Part shown: piece after piece, positions 34,850 to 35,680 of the stretch
Numbering within the stretch: position 1 is the first letter of the stretch
Layout: each line of letters opens with the position of its first letter
Origin: Catajapyx aquilonaris
Lineage: Eukaryota
Direction: 5' to 3'
Assembly (NCBI GenBank): GCA_000934665.2
Contig: JYFJ02004005.1
Location: forward strand, 1-35,680
DNA: 35,680 nt
Position numbers and translations under genes: made by a program
The notes under the pieces: generated by a model
What the model was told of the DNA's origin: nothing
The model's database searches: none
The model's input: the letters and a program-made list of their open reading frames with translations, nothing else

Positions 34850-35200
34850 CAGCTCAAGCATACCCAATCTCCATAACCAAATCCGGCCCCTAAGCACAGG
34901 TCAACCAAGTGACAGCCTCAACTTGAACCATACGGGAAGCCCGCACATAAACAATCTAATCTGCTGTCAACCCCATGGCTCACACTGCAACCCAATCACA
35001 ACCTACGTCAATGTGCGATACAATCCTGAACTCATCACCTCCACTATTCCACGCAATATGCTGTCCCTCCTCCTGTTCCCGTGGATCCCGTGGCAGGCCT
35101 TTCAGCCAGGACCATTCACCGGAGCAGAAACGAGTGCCAACCTCCAGACCCGCGCAGGAAAGTTACACGGCTGATAAGCGTCAACATGGCGTCGTCGCTT
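34850..35200 (-). other. Candidate non-coding first exon (5' UTR) of punt
   Basis: The ATG exon starts at an acceptor, so an upstream exon must exist. Donor G|GTGAGT at 34850/34849 lies next to a CpG-richer promoter-like region. The 5' boundary is a guess. Confidence 0.45.
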
Positions 35201-35640
35201 TCGCCACACAAATAAAGTCCCGTATGCAGCGTTGCCGGTTTTACTCCCTTGTTTACCACCTAGCTTATTAAAGATTAAACTAATTTTATATTAGTAAAAT
35301 TGATCCTAACTACGCTTCCGATTTATAATAAAATATTTACAATAAGTTTTTGGTGTACTTGGGTCTCTAGAGAGTGGTACTATCTTTTGCCGGTAGGAGG
35401 GGCGGTGAATACATGGCGGCTATTGAGCAGATAGTTCTACTCAAGTTTTGTGTGCGGTTCTACTACTTCTAGCCTACTTCTACTAGTAGTACGGCGAGTA
35501 CGGCCTACCTCAGCCTGATCGGAAGTTATTGGACGTTTCTGGGCCCGTTTCTGTCGGACTGTGGTGCGTGGCGGTGAGTTGAGTACACTGTAAACCGCAA
35601 AGCATTAAAAAAGCATTAACAGAACATCACAGGTGAGTCT
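35150..35640. promoter_or_regulatory. Probable divergent promoter region and first exon of a plus-strand neighbour gene
   Basis: Two YY1/Pho-like motifs (CAACATGGCG 35182-35191; ACATGGCGGC 35411-35420) flank an AT-rich gap; plus-strand GTGAGT donors at 35574 and 35633. Confidence 0.45.
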
Positions 35641-35680
35641 CAGACGGACCATTAAGTGAGGTATATTTTTAATGCTGTGC

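Overview
Eukaryotic (arthropod-like, probably insect) genomic DNA, not prokaryotic. The main feature is a complete minus-strand gene for an activin/BMP type II receptor Ser/Thr kinase (punt/ActRII family). I rebuilt it by hand from 10 coding exons (28002 down to 14561, about 570 aa): signal peptide, Cys-rich ectodomain, TM helix and kinase. Two of its nine coding-region introns need non-canonical GC donors with the same sequence, CAG|GCAAGA. The introns and flanks are packed with non-autonomous transposons that I delimited from TIRs and TSDs: Tc1/mariner/pogo, hAT/P-like, piggyBac, PIF/Harbinger, a Transib element with RSS-heptamer ends, a decayed THAP-gene element with one Kolobok-like end, kb-scale foldbacks, tRNA-derived SINEs and LINE fragments, often nested three deep. 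A probable divergent promoter lies near the right edge. I found no convincing novel multi-gene system; the noteworthy items concern splicing, translation control and transposon architecture. All coordinates were read by eye and no database searches were run.
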